Translations under genes and position numbers: made by a program
Part shown: positions 10,531-21,358 of the stretch, in pieces
Layout: the number at the start of each line of letters is the position of its first letter
Numbering within the stretch: the stretch's first letter is position 1
NCBI GenBank assembly: GCA_963745035.1
Contig: CAVUVW010000019.1
Location: 192,001 to 256,000, forward strand
DNA: 64,000 bases
From: an uncultured delta proteobacterium
Lineage (GTDB): Bacteria; Desulfobacterota; Binatia; UBA9968
Reading direction: 5' to 3'
Notes under the pieces: model-generated
The model's input: the letters and a program-made list of their open reading frames with translations, nothing else
Database searches by the model: none
Told to the model about the DNA's origin: nothing

Positions 10531-10634
10531 CGACGACAAAGGCTGGTCGGCCCGATCTCCAGCGGTGGCTCCGACAGTATTGTGTCCCCGGGATTCTGCC
10601 CCAGCGCCGGAATTGCCTGCAAAAACCGCTCAGG

Positions 10635-11075
10635 CTAGTCTTTGCCCCAACCGCTGACGACCTCGGGCCGCACCCGGAACTGCACCCGTCGCTCTCCTGG
10701 GGCGCGATACGGGTATGCTTCCACTCCGAGATACTTCTTGGCGAGGCGGTTGATCCCCGCGCCGGCGCCCTGCTCTTCACTAATGACCTGGACCACGCGG
10801 CCACGCAGGCCGAGGTTGCGGTAGGGGTTTTCAGGATCAAGGACACTGAGCGCGACGGGGCTCCCGAGGCGAAGGGCGTTGGCCTTGGTCCGTCCCTCCG
10901 CTGTGTTGAGAAGGATATCCTCACCGTCCAGATCCACCCACATCGCCGATACGTGAGGTGTCCCGTCTGGCAAAACGACGCCAACGTGAACGAGCACCGG
11001 CTTCTCGATCAACTGGCGCTCCTTCGCGGTCAACTGCCGATGCGCCACCGTCATGTTTGGATGCTGCAGAGCCAT
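10635..11075 (-). CDS. PPOX-class (F420/FMN split-barrel) oxidoreductase, cassette-like
   Basis: PDGTPHVSAMWVDLDGEDILLNTAEGRTKANAL, LAKKYLG...YP; aggagg RBS just after a GTTAGAC core. Confidence 0.85.
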   Translation of the reverse strand: MALQHPNMTVAHRQLTAKERQLIEKPVLVHVGVVLPDGTPHVSAMWVDLDGEDILLNTAEGRTKANALRLGSPVALSVLDPENPYRNLGLRGRVVQVISEEQGAGAGINRLAKKYLGVEAYPYRAPGERRVQFRVRPEVVSGWGKD

Positions 11076-11092
11076 CTCTCTCCTCCTGTCCT

Positions 11093-11239
11093 GTCTAACT
11101 ATTGAATATACAGACCCGTATATCTCGATGCCTGTTAACCTTCAAATAGTATGAGTTTTGCTATGAATTTAAGCAGCTGACAGTGATTTCTAAAGTAAAA
11201 CGAAGAAGTAATATACGGATCTGTATATTTCCGTTATAC
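11093..11239. mobile_element. Long attC-like palindrome (147 bp)
   Basis: GTCTAACtattgAATATACAGACCCGTATAT ... ATATACGGATCTGTATATTtccGTTATAC around an AT-rich loop. Confidence 0.6.
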
Positions 11240-11269
11240 CCGCCGGGATCGCCGTTACCGGCGTAGTCT

Positions 11270-11734
11270 TTAAGAACCCTTTGCCAATTCCGCGACCACC
11301 GCGAGAACCTCCTTGTACGTGCCGCAGCGGCAAAGGTTTCCGGATAGATAATCCCGCGCCTGCTCTTCTGTGGGATGCGGGTGGGCGTTGAGCAGGCCTT
11401 TCACCGCCATGATCATGCCGGTGGTGCAGAAGCCGCACTGGAAGGCTTGGTGTTTGAGAAACGCTTGCTGCACCGGGTCGAGCTCACCGTTTTGTGCTAG
11501 GCCCTCGATGGTCGTGACTTGTTTGTCTTCGATATTGCTTGCGAGGGTGAGGCAGGAGCTGACGGGTTTGCCGTCGATGAGCACCGTGCAGGAGCCGCAG
11601 ACGCCGACGCTGCAGCCTTCGACCGCGCCTTTGAGTTTCAAATCCTCGCGCAGGAATTCCAAAAGGGTTTGATGGGCGTTTACCTGAACGTCCTGCCGCT
11701 GGCCGTTGATCGTGGTTGAAAGTGAGATCTTCAT
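11270..11734 (-). CDS. (2Fe-2S) small subunit, CoxS/XdhC family
   Basis: GCSVGVCGSC, QCGFCTTG, GNLCRCGTY. Confidence 0.95.
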   Translation of the reverse strand: MKISLSTTINGQRQDVQVNAHQTLLEFLREDLKLKGAVEGCSVGVCGSCTVLIDGKPVSSCLTLASNIEDKQVTTIEGLAQNGELDPVQQAFLKHQAFQCGFCTTGMIMAVKGLLNAHPHPTEEQARDYLSGNLCRCGTYKEVLAVVAELAKGS

Positions 11735-14022
11735 CAGCGATCTTCTTTCGCCGCCTGGATAGCCGCAACGATTTTGTCCGGCTTGATCGGCAGATCTCAT
11801 CACGCGCGACGCCGTTGAGTGCGTTGGCGACGGCGTTGCCGATCGCCGCCGCCATCGGCGGTAGTGCGGCTTCGCCCATGCCTTTGGCTCCGAACGGACC
11901 GTCGGGATGCGGGGTTTCGACGAGCACGGATTCGAATGTCGACCGGATGATCCTGCATGGACGGCAGCAGGTAGTCGAGAAACGTGCCGTTGATCGGCTG
12001 GCCGTTGTCGAAGCGCATTTCTTCGAAAAGCGCGGAACCCAGGCCGGCGAGCGCCGAACCTTCATTCTGGAGATCGCATTGCTTCGGATGAATGCCTTTG
12101 CCGACGTCCACGGCGGTGGCGACTTTCAGCACACGGACCTTGCCGGTTTCAGTATCGACTTCAACTTCGGCTCCGGCGGCGGAGTAGAACCAGAACGATG
12201 AACCTTTGCCCTGGCCGGTCTTGGCGTCGACGCCGCCCTCGGTGCGCAACGTGTGATTGCCGAACAAGCTGCCGTTCGGCTCGCCGAAGATCGCGCGAAA
12301 GAGCTGCGGGAAAGTGAGGCTCTTTTCAGGCACGCCTTTGACCTGCAAGCGCAGGTCGCGCAATTCCAAATCTTCGATTCGTGCTTCCAGCGCTTTGGCG
12401 CCGGCTTGCAGCAATTGATCGCGTATCTGGCCAGCCGCGATCTGCGCGGCGCGGCCCATATGGAATGTCGTGCGGCTGGAGCTGGTCGATTTGTCGTAGG
12501 GCGTTACGTCGGTATCAGGGAACGTCACGGTCACTCGCTCGAAGGGCAGGCCGAGCACGTCTCCGACGATCTGAGCGAGAGAAGTATGCGCGCCCTGGCC
12601 GATCTCGGCGCTGCTCGTCAACAAGATCGCCGAGCCGTCCGCATTCAGGCGGACGCTGGCTGCAGATGTGCTGGGAGTCGATGTACTCTTGATAGCGACG
12701 GCGACGCCTCTGCCGCGCACGAACGGTCGAGCTGTTCGTGGCGTTTGCTCTTGGTGCGTCGGTCCAGCCAATCGGCCTGCGCGGCTTGGCGCAGGCATTC
12801 GGACACGCCGACCGAAATCATCGGTTCGCCGGTGATGAAGCGATCGCCCTCTTTGATCAAATTTTTCAGTCGAAGCTCGACCGGATCGACACTCAAGCGT
12901 CGCGCGATCTCGTCCATCTCGGACTCGTAGGCCCAGCACACGTGCGACGCGCCGACACCGCGATAGGGGCCGGCCGGCGGCAGGTTCGTGTAAACGGCGC
13001 AGGTCGTGTAATCACGGTGCGGAATATTGTACGGGCCGCCCGCGATGATGCAGGCGTTCTTCGTGTTCGCCGGACCAGAGAGCGCGTAGGCGCCCATGTC
13101 ATAGTGGGCTTCGACTTTGCGCGCCCACAGCCGGCCGTCGCGCTTGAAGCCGGTCTTGATCTTAATCACCGCGCCGAAGCGACGGCCCGTAAGAAAGACT
13201 TCTTCTCGCGTGAGAATCCATTGCACCGGCCGTCGCGCTTTGCGCGCGAGCAACGCGACGACGGGCTCGATGCGCGCGTGGTTCTTGCCGCCGTAGCCCC
13301 CGCCGACCGGCGGCACGATGACGCGCACGCGATTGAGCGGCAGCTTGAATACTTTCGCGAGCTGCTCTTGCAACGGCGATGGCGTCTGGCAAGGAGAGTG
13401 GACCACGAGCTTGCCGCCACCCTCCCAATAGGCCGTGACGGCGTGCGGTTCGATATGACCGTGCTGCACCGGCGGCAAACTATAAGTGTTTTCAATAACT
13501 TCATCGGACTCTTTGAAGCCTTGCTCTATGTCGCCGCTTGCCGCGCGATAGACGCCATGAATGTTTCCACCGGCTGGCTTTGTCGACATGCTCTTCATGG
13601 ATGATCGGCGCGCCGGACTTTGCCGCTTCGAGAATATCCGTGACCGCGGGCAATTCTTCGTACTCTACATCGATCAAGGCAATCGCTTCCTCGGCGATCT
13701 CGCGGCTATCGGCCGCGACGGCCGCAACGATGTCGCCTACGTAGCGGACCTTGTCGATGGCGACGACCGGCTGGTCTTCCACGCCGGTGCCAAAATAGGG
13801 ATTGATGCCGGTCAAATCATCCCGTGTGACGATCGCGCGAACACCTGGCAGCGCGGCGGCTTTGCGCGCATCGATTCGAAGGAGCTTGGCGTGCGGGTAG
13901 GGGCTGCGCAGGGCCTTGGCGAAAAGCTGGCCCGGAAATTCCAAGTTCGCGATGTAACTCACCGCGCCGGTGACTTTAGCGAGCGCTCCGGTCATCGGAA
14001 CATTGGTGCCGACGAGCGTCAT
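11734..14022 (-). CDS. Xanthine dehydrogenase-family molybdopterin large subunit (about 4 frameshifts)
   Basis: LRSPYPHA, VGGGYGGK, PYRGVGA, EIGQGAHT, FGAKGMGE across ORFs 13501/12645/11800/11484. Confidence 0.9.
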
Positions 14023-14886
14023 CAGGTTCGCTCCCTCGTCTCGGTCACGGTGGTAAGGGCTCGGCGCACCAAGACACCAACGAGATGGCGCTTGTATTCA
14101 GCCGGCCCGCGCACGTCTTCAATGGGATCGACGGCACGCGCCGCTTCCGCCGCTATACGTCCAATCAATTCTGCATCAAGGCTTTGGCCTCGAGCGAGTT
14201 CTTCGCCGGCAGTGATGCGTACCGGCCGCGCCGATACGGCGCCGACAGCCAAACGAAGGTCGCGACAGATTCCATCTTCCAGTCGCGCGAGCGCTGCGAC
14301 GCCCGCGCAGGGGCGCTCTTCCGAGGAACCGGTGGTGAATTTGATGTAGGTTCCCCTAAATTCTTTCGGAAGCGGTGGAATAGAAATCGCGGTGATCAGT
14401 TCGCCCGCGCTCGAGTGCGGTCTCGTAGCTACCGCGTTGAAAGTCGCTCAATGGCATCTCCCGGGCGCCGCGCCCGCTCGTTATCTCGACCGTGGCGTCC
14501 AGTGCCACGAGTACGGTTGGTGGATCGGATTGATAGTCGCCGTGAGCCAGGTTGCCTCCGATGGTTGCCATGTTTCGTATTCGAATATTGGCGACGAGGT
14601 GGCAGGCTTCGGCGAGGATAGGGTAGTGCTGCTGAACCAACGGCGAAGTTTCGATCTCGTTGATCGTCGCCAGCGCACCGATGCGCAGACCGCGCTGTGG
14701 GTCAAATCTGATTTCTGCGCCGTCGCGGATCTTTTTGAGATTGACCAGCGTCTTGGGGGCTAGCAGGCCTTGTTTGATGATCGTCAGGAGCGCCGTGCCG
14801 CCCGCAATGGGTTTGGCTTCCGCATCCGCGAGAGCGGAGCAAGCCTCGGCAAGAGATTTCGGTTCGCGTAGTTCAAAGCTTCTCAT
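14022..14886 (-). CDS. FAD-binding medium subunit, CoxM family (frameshift near 14400)
   Basis: IAGGTAL, IRNMATIGGNLAHGD, DVRGPAEYKRHL. Confidence 0.9.
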
Positions 14887-14918
14887 CGGGAACTTCGCCA
14901 TTCGCAGCTCATGCAACT

Positions 14919-15626
14919 CTAGCTCGCCGGCGGCCGCGGATAAGTTTTCGTGCTGTGGGTCAAGCCCATGCGCACCAGCATTTCTGCCGTTTGAATGCTG
15001 GTCTTCAGCGCGTCCATTACCGGGACGCCGAGTTCCTTTTCAAATTCGTGCGGTGAATACTGCACCGGCACCATGGTCACGCCCATCGGCACGATGATCT
15101 CCGCGTCGTGGTTGTCGATCAAGTCGCGGCCGACTTGGATAAATCGTTCGCGCATGGCGTTACGGTTCTTGGTGCTTTCGGGCAGCGGGATCTGAACGCT
15201 GCGCATTCCCACGACTGAGTCGGCGACTCTCCAGGCATGCATCTGCTTGCGCATGAACGCAATGCTCTTTTCTTCGTAGGCAATGACACCTAGGCGATTG
15301 CTGAGCTGCACTCCAAGATGCATGACCGATTGGCCGGCGCCGACCACGGGAATTCGCACGAGATTGCGCGCGAGCTCGACTCCTGCATCGAGAGTGCCGA
15401 ACGGCACCACGGCGTCGTAGCCGTCGGCTTCGGCTTTGACGGCAACCTCTGCGACCAGCGGTCCCGCGGAAAGGGAATTTACCTGAGAGTTGGAGCGGCG
15501 AAAGAAGGTCGCCTTGATGACGGCGAAACCGATCTCTGTGCCCGGCGACGCGCACTTCAAAACGGCTTGACGGCGCCGTTCGCCTTCCTCGGGCGGGTAT
15601 TCGCCCATGACCATCATAATTTTCAT
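14919..15626 (-). CDS. Hydantoin/Asp-Glu racemase family protein
   Basis: AEADGYDAVV, ARNLVRIPVVGAGQS, LGVPVMDA; the canonical catalytic Cys residues are not evident. Confidence 0.75.
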   Translation of the reverse strand: MKIMMVMGEYPPEEGERRRQAVLKCASPGTEIGFAVIKATFFRRSNSQVNSLSAGPLVAEVAVKAEADGYDAVVPFGTLDAGVELARNLVRIPVVGAGQSVMHLGVQLSNRLGVIAYEEKSIAFMRKQMHAWRVADSVVGMRSVQIPLPESTKNRNAMRERFIQVGRDLIDNHDAEIIVPMGVTMVPVQYSPHEFEKELGVPVMDALKTSIQTAEMLVRMGLTHSTKTYPRPPAS

Positions 15627-15759
15627 TCGTCGCTCCTCACTGGAAGATGCTTCAGCGGGAACTATCTCGTATTCGCAAAACTATTGTCAACTTCGATGGA
15701 GAGACTCATTCCTTCGTCCTTGACACAAACCGGCCGCCCGTTATTTAGTAAGGCCGCCT

Positions 15760-16359
15760 ATGAAAATTCAGAACGGCGCGCTCGGACACATCGTTCTCAA
15801 TGTCGCGGACCTTAAAAAGTCGGAAGATTTTTATCGCTCGATTCTCGGTCTGAAAGTCTCCGCGCGAAACCTGGATACCAGGATGACTTTCTTGAGCTAC
15901 GGCAAGGAGCATCACGACATCGCTCTCCAGGCTTTGCCCAAAGGCTCGAAGCATGTGAGCGGCAAAGGGATGCCCAAGCTGCACCATTTCTGTGTTTACG
16001 TCGATTCGAACGACATCATCGACAAGATCCATCCGATCTTGAAAACGCGAAAGATTCCGATCGTCAGCGGCCCGGAGACGCTTGTCGTGGCCGGCAACCG
16101 CTCGATCAGTTTTCTCGATCCGGACGGCAACCGCGTCGAGATCGCCTGCAACGCGAATAAGTTTCAGTTCGACAATCGGCGAGCGCAAAGAGATCGTCAA
16201 AACTCGCCGCAGCATGCGATAGTTCGATGCACCGCCTATCCTAACCTTCCCCCGTCGAGGGGGAAGGGATCGGATTTGTGGCATTCTGACCGGGAAGCGA
16301 AGAAGTGGTTTTTATCGAGGCGTGTGACAAATTATCACGAGGTAACCAATGTCAGCTGA
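15760..16359 (+). CDS. VOC family protein (extradiol dioxygenase-like single domain)
   Basis: LGHIVLNV, HHDIAL, LHHFC, FLDPDGNRVEI; C-terminal ~60 aa run through a palindrome and may be spurious. Confidence 0.8.
   Translation: MKIQNGALGHIVLNVADLKKSEDFYRSILGLKVSARNLDTRMTFLSYGKEHHDIALQALPKGSKHVSGKGMPKLHHFCVYVDSNDIIDKIHPILKTRKIPIVSGPETLVVAGNRSISFLDPDGNRVEIACNANKFQFDNRRAQRDRQNSPQHAIVRCTAYPNLPPSRGKGSDLWHSDREAKKWFLSRRVTNYHEVTNVS
16235..16269. repeat. CCCCC/GGGGG hairpin REP-like element
   Basis: cctatcctaaccttcccccgtcgagggggaaggga. Confidence 0.6.
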
Positions 16360-17125
16360 AGCTGTGCTGAGCGGCGAGACACTGCCAGTGAAGGAATTCT
16401 GCGATGTGCTGGTGAACGAGGTGAAAAACAAGCACGCGCGCTTGTACCATCCGTTCTATCTCGATTTGTACGAAGGCAAGCTGCCGTTGGACGCCGTCAG
16501 GATTTGGGCGAAGGAGGCGTGGGGCATTTTCGCTTACAACGTCGCGATCAACACGGCAAAGCTGGTGCGCTGCCAGTTGTCGGGCATCCACGATCCCGAG
16601 ATTCACAAGAAGTTCGTCGACATCATTCACTCCGAGGTCGGCTACACCTATTTCGAAGGATCGCCGCGCCCAGTTCTGGGACACCGCGCGTTGTTTCTGC
16701 GCTTCGGCGAAAGCATCGGCATACCCGGCAAGGAGCTGGAGCGCTGCGAAGTGGAGGAAGACTTTTTGCCGACAACGGTGTTGGCGCGGGTCGGCTGGCT
16801 CGACATCGCCCTCAGAAGCAATCACATCCTCGAGCAAGTGGCATCGACCAATTGCTGCAATGAGTTTTCGAACCAACTGACCGGAGGTAAATTTTTCAGA
16901 GCATTCAGGGATCATTACGGCCTCAAGCCGCACGATATCGAATTTTTCGCCGAGCACGGCGAAGCGGACACGGAGCACAGCAACATCGGCTACGAACTGG
17001 TGGAACAATTCGCCACGACCAACGACTTGCAGGTTCGCGTCCTGAAAGCGCTGCGCAAGGGGCTTGCGATCTGGTGGGCGTTGACCGACGGCGTCGCGCG
17101 AGAGTGCGCGAAATTGAAAAAATAA
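16349..17125 (+). CDS. Heme-oxygenase-like dimetal enzyme (TenA/PqqC/CADD family)
   Basis: HPFY...G.L, E...GH (SEVG...GH), NEF, FFAEHGEADTEH (H-x3-D-x2-H). Confidence 0.8.
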   Translation: MSAEAVLSGETLPVKEFCDVLVNEVKNKHARLYHPFYLDLYEGKLPLDAVRIWAKEAWGIFAYNVAINTAKLVRCQLSGIHDPEIHKKFVDIIHSEVGYTYFEGSPRPVLGHRALFLRFGESIGIPGKELERCEVEEDFLPTTVLARVGWLDIALRSNHILEQVASTNCCNEFSNQLTGGKFFRAFRDHYGLKPHDIEFFAEHGEADTEHSNIGYELVEQFATTNDLQVRVLKALRKGLAIWWALTDGVARECAKLKK

Positions 17126-17180
17126 CGGATCCACCATCAAGCAAGTCATGACCTTATGAAAATCGACCGATTTCCTTCGT

Positions 17181-17259
17181 CGTCATTCCCGCGCACGCGG
17201 GAATCCAGGTTTGTTTTCCGCCTCAATTAGCCTGGATACCCGCTTTCGCGGGTATGACG
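17181..17259. repeat. GTCATTCC...GGAATCCAG REP-like inverted pair
   Basis: cgtcattcccgcgcacgcgggaatccagg ... cctggatacccgctttcgcgggtatgacg; related copy at 39888. Confidence 0.85.
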
Positions 17260-17388
17260 GAACGCAACGGTTGCGTAGCGTATTCCGCTTTCTCATTACA
17301 CGGATCCGCCACGCGCGCGTACTTGCGGAGGAGCATGCGATGAGTTCGAAGGATACGATTATTCTTTCGGATCCAATCGGAGGATGTC

Positions 17389-17946
17389 ATGGAACTCCTG
17401 TCAACCTATCATCTGAAGAAATGGGCTGAGGCAAACAAGGACTTTTTCAAACCGCCGTTTCGCACCAATAAGCTGCTCGTTCATCACAAGGATTTTCTCG
17501 TCATGATGCTGCGCGGGCCGAATACGCGGCTGGATTTTCATATCGAGCCGGGGGACGAATTCTTCTATCAAGTGGAAGGCGAGATGGAGCTTCATCTCAA
17601 ACCCGAAGGCGAGCGGCGCGAGGTGGTGAAAGTCAAGGAAGGCGAAATCTTCGTCGTTCCGGGCGGCTTGCCGCATTCGCCGCGGCGCTTCGAGAACACC
17701 TGGGGACTCGTGATCGAGCGCAAGCGGCGCGATGAAGAGAAAGAGGAGTTCGCCTGGTTTTGCGAAAAATGCGACGAGCTGGTGCTGTCGCGCATCGTCA
17801 ATCAGGGCAACATCCCGTCTCAAGTGTCGGCGGTGTACGGCGAATTCAACGCCGACCCCAAGCTGCGCACCTGCCGCGCCTGCGGCTACGTCTTTCCCGA
17901 GACCCCGATGGCAGAGCGGTTGAGCTTTCTGGAGCCGAAAAAATAG
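17389..17946 (+). CDS. nbaC: 3-hydroxyanthranilate 3,4-dioxygenase family
   Basis: GPNTRLDFHIEPGDEFFYQ, LPHSPRR, GLVIERKR, rubredoxin-like CEKC...CRAC. Confidence 0.85.
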   Translation: MELLSTYHLKKWAEANKDFFKPPFRTNKLLVHHKDFLVMMLRGPNTRLDFHIEPGDEFFYQVEGEMELHLKPEGERREVVKVKEGEIFVVPGGLPHSPRRFENTWGLVIERKRRDEEKEEFAWFCEKCDELVLSRIVNQGNIPSQVSAVYGEFNADPKLRTCRACGYVFPETPMAERLSFLEPKK

Positions 17947-18021
17947 TTTTCAGCCAGGGACCTCTCCATCCTCACCACAGCCGAAGGTCGACCACCGTCG
18001 CCTCTAAGTTACAAGTCAGCC

Positions 18022-19443
18022 ATGAACGCGGACCACGAAATATGCTTCATGAGCGCGCGCTCTCTTGCAGAGTCATTGCGCCGTCGCGATCTTTCTGCCC
18101 GCGAAGTCATGGAGGCGTTCCTGGCGCAGATCGAGCGATTGAATCCGAAAATCAACGCCATCGTAGCCAAATTGGATGATGAAAAATGTCTGAGTCTCGC
18201 GGACGAGGCTGATCGGCGATCGGGTCGGGGCGAAGGCGTGGGGCCGCTGCACGGGCTGCCATTCGCTTTCAAGGATCTCGACCCGGCGATCGGGTTTCCA
18301 ATGACGCGCGGCTCGCCGATCTTCCGGAACTTTATGCCGGCGGAAGACTCGGTTCTCGTCGGACGGCTCAAGCGCGCCGGGGTGATTCCCATCGGCAAGA
18401 CCAACGTGTCCGAGTTCGGCATGGGCTCGCACACCTACAACGAAGTGTACGGCACGACGCTCAATCCCTACGACCTCACGAAGACCGCGGGCGGCTCGAG
18501 CGGCGGCGCCGGCGCCGCGCTTGCCGCCGGGCTATTGCCGCTGGCGAGCGGCAGCGATCTTGGCGGCTCGCTGAGAAATCCGGCCAATTTCAACAACATT
18601 GTCGCTCTGCGCCCGACCGTCGGACTTGTGCCCGGCGCGCCGGTCGCCCTGCCGTTTCTGGGATTCACCGTAAAGGGGCCGATGGCGCGGTCGGTCGCCG
18701 ACGCGGCTTTTCTGCTGAGCGCCATGGCGGGAGCCGACCCGCGCGACCCTCTCAGTTATCCCTGCGATCCCTCGGTGTTCGCGAAGCCGCTGGAGCGGAG
18801 CTTCAAGAGCGCGCGCATCGCCTGGTGTCTCGACCTCGGTGGATTGCCGATGGACCGCCGGGTTCGCGACGTGTTGGAAGCACAGCGCAAAACTTTCATC
18901 GACCTCGGGTGTGCGGTCGAAGAGGCTTGTCCTGATCTCAGCGGCGCCGATGAAATGTTTCTCACTCTCCGCGCCTGGAACTACTGGCACACCCTCGGTC
19001 CATTGCTGGAAACACATCGCGACGAAATGAAAGACGAGGCGGTTTGGCAAATCGAAGCGGGCAGAGAGCTGAGCGGAAGCGACGTCGCCGAAGCGATGGC
19101 ACGGCACGGCGAACTGATGGAGCACTTCCGCCGTTTTCTGGAGCAATACGAATTTCTCATTTGCGCGGTGAATCAGGTGCCGCCCTTCGATGCCACGATA
19201 CACTGGCCCAAGGAAATCGAAGGGGTCACGATGGAGCATTACATCGCGTGGATGAAGACCGCATATTGGATCACGCCGACCTTTTGTCCGGCGATCTCAG
19301 TTCCGGCGGGATTCACGAGCGACGGCCTTCCCGTCGGGATTCAGATCGTCGGCAGGTATCGCGCGGATTTCAGCGTGCTGCAAATTGCTCACGCCTTCGA
19401 GCAAGCAACAGGTTTCGGCGAGATCAGGCCGGCAATCGCATGA
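18022..19443 (+). CDS. Amidase signature family protein
   Basis: GPLHGLPFAFKD, GKTN, AGGSSGG, SDLGGSLRNPA. Confidence 0.95.
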   Translation: MNADHEICFMSARSLAESLRRRDLSAREVMEAFLAQIERLNPKINAIVAKLDDEKCLSLADEADRRSGRGEGVGPLHGLPFAFKDLDPAIGFPMTRGSPIFRNFMPAEDSVLVGRLKRAGVIPIGKTNVSEFGMGSHTYNEVYGTTLNPYDLTKTAGGSSGGAGAALAAGLLPLASGSDLGGSLRNPANFNNIVALRPTVGLVPGAPVALPFLGFTVKGPMARSVADAAFLLSAMAGADPRDPLSYPCDPSVFAKPLERSFKSARIAWCLDLGGLPMDRRVRDVLEAQRKTFIDLGCAVEEACPDLSGADEMFLTLRAWNYWHTLGPLLETHRDEMKDEAVWQIEAGRELSGSDVAEAMARHGELMEHFRRFLEQYEFLICAVNQVPPFDATIHWPKEIEGVTMEHYIAWMKTAYWITPTFCPAISVPAGFTSDGLPVGIQIVGRYRADFSVLQIAHAFEQATGFGEIRPAIA

Positions 19444-19497
19444 TGCTCGGAACCCTTGGCTTCGAGGTGAGGATTGTTGATATCATCTCCGGCAAGA

Positions 19498-20509
19498 TCA
19501 TCTCTGATAGAGCTTGGCGACGAAGCCGCTCTTCTCGATTTCCTTCAAAATCGTGCCGTCGAAAAACTGCTCGGGTTTGGCCGCTTTCGCGCGCGGGTCT
19601 TTTTCCGCCATCCAGGTAAGCTGGGTTTGGATTGCCGCCGGCGGAGGGATGGGGAATCTGCGGGTAGATATCGCGATAGAGGCGGTAGACTTCCTCCAGC
19701 GTTTCGCGGTCATCGATGCGCAGGTATTTGCTCATCGCGCGAATGCTCGGCTCGGGGTTGTTCTTGACCATGTGGATGCCTTCGATGATCGCGCGCATGT
19801 ATCGGGTTGCCACATCCGGCTGGGCCTTGAGGAAGGCGCGGGTGGTGATCACTTCGAGCTGCGGAAACGGAATGTCGTATTGAGTCGGATCGACGAGAAT
19901 GCTGAAGCCCGCCTTCTTGCCGAGATTGAAAAACTCCGGCGTGAGAACCGTGGTGTCGACGCTGCGTTTGCTCAGCGCTGAAAGACGCGTGCTCGTGCCG
20001 CCGGTCTGAAGAATCGTGACGTCTTTATCCGGCACCAGGCCGTAGCGCTGCAGGATCAGGCGCGCCGCCAGATCCGAAGCACTGCCGAAGCGGGATATCG
20101 CGAGCTTCTTTCCCTTCAATTGATCCAGTGACTTGATTTCCTTTTGCGCAAGCAGCGCGTACGGCAAGCGCGGCTCGATGCTGGCGATGGAAACCACGTC
20201 GCTGCCGGCGAGATTGCTGCTCACTGCCACCGTCCCGCCGCCCATGGCGATCTGGGTCTCGCCGGCGGTCAGCGCCTGCACCGTGGTGACGCCGCTTTCG
20301 ATCAGCACAACGTCGACGCTCAGACCGTGCTTCTCGAAAATTCTTGCGTCTTTCGCCAGCCAATAGGCCGCCATGTTGGCGGTCAGGGCGCTGTACGAAG
20401 TCTTCAATCGAGTGTGTTGGGCGGTGGCGGTGCCGGCAACGACATGGCTCATCAGCAAAGTCACAATCAGACCAATCGTTCCGATATGTCGGGTCGGTTT
20501 TATCTGCAT
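19498..20509 (-). CDS. NitT/TauT-family ABC substrate-binding protein (frameshift near 19645)
   Basis: Signal peptide; LKGKKLAISRFGSASD; paralog of 26313 and 37125. Confidence 0.85.
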
Positions 20510-20518
20510 AGCGCCTCT

Positions 20519-21341
20519 CTAACTCAGCAGAAAATCGGTCAACACCCGATTGAACTCTTCGGTCTCTTCGATCTGCGGCTCGTGGGCGGAGTGCATGAAG
20601 CGATGCACTTTCGAGCCGGGAACAATTTTCTGAAAGTTCACGTCCCAGTCCGGCTGATTGAGCGGGTCGTGCTCGCAGGACATGATGAGCAGCGGAATGG
20701 CCAGCCGCGAAAGCTGCTTGACGAATTCGTCGGTCGTCGATCGAACCTGGTGCGCGGGGCTGCGCAGGCGCGCCGCCGAGAGCGTCTCCCAGGCGCCGGG
20801 GATGATCGAGCACTCGTAGCGCTCGCGGATATTGTCTTCCGTTTGCCACTTGGCATCGTGGTAGAGCAGCGCGACGATTTTTTTCATGTTTTCCAGCGAT
20901 GGCGTGTAGTTTTCCAGATCGGCCTGCGAGGTCGTCTTGAACACGCTGGCGTTGCCGCAGATGGTTACCATCTTTTGAATCTGTAGACGGCGCGGGATTG
21001 CGCACCGCGGCGCGCAGGATCAGACCGCCGCCGGCGGAATTGCCGACGAAGAAAGCACTGCCGATGCCGAGAGTTTCGAGAAATCGTTGCAGGTGCTTGA
21101 TGCGCAGGCCCGCCGGATCGGAGAAACTGTAAACCTTGTCGGTTTCGCCCCAGCCGAGAATATCCGGCGCGACGACATGAAATTGTTCCGCGAGCGCGGC
21201 GATATTGGCGCGCCAGGTGATTTCGGCCGAAGCGCCGTACTCGCCGCCGTGGAGCAGGACCAGATCCGGTCCGCTGCCGGCTTCGAGAAAGTGGGTCTTG
21301 ATATCGCCGGCGACGATCGTGCGATGTTGGTACGATGTCAT
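20519..21341 (-). CDS. Alpha/beta hydrolase, meta-cleavage-product hydrolase-like (frameshift near 20985)
   Basis: LVLLHGG, APDILGWG, VGNSAGG nucleophile elbow, SAHEPQIE. Confidence 0.85.
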
Positions 21342-21358
21342 GGAACAACCGTCCTCGA

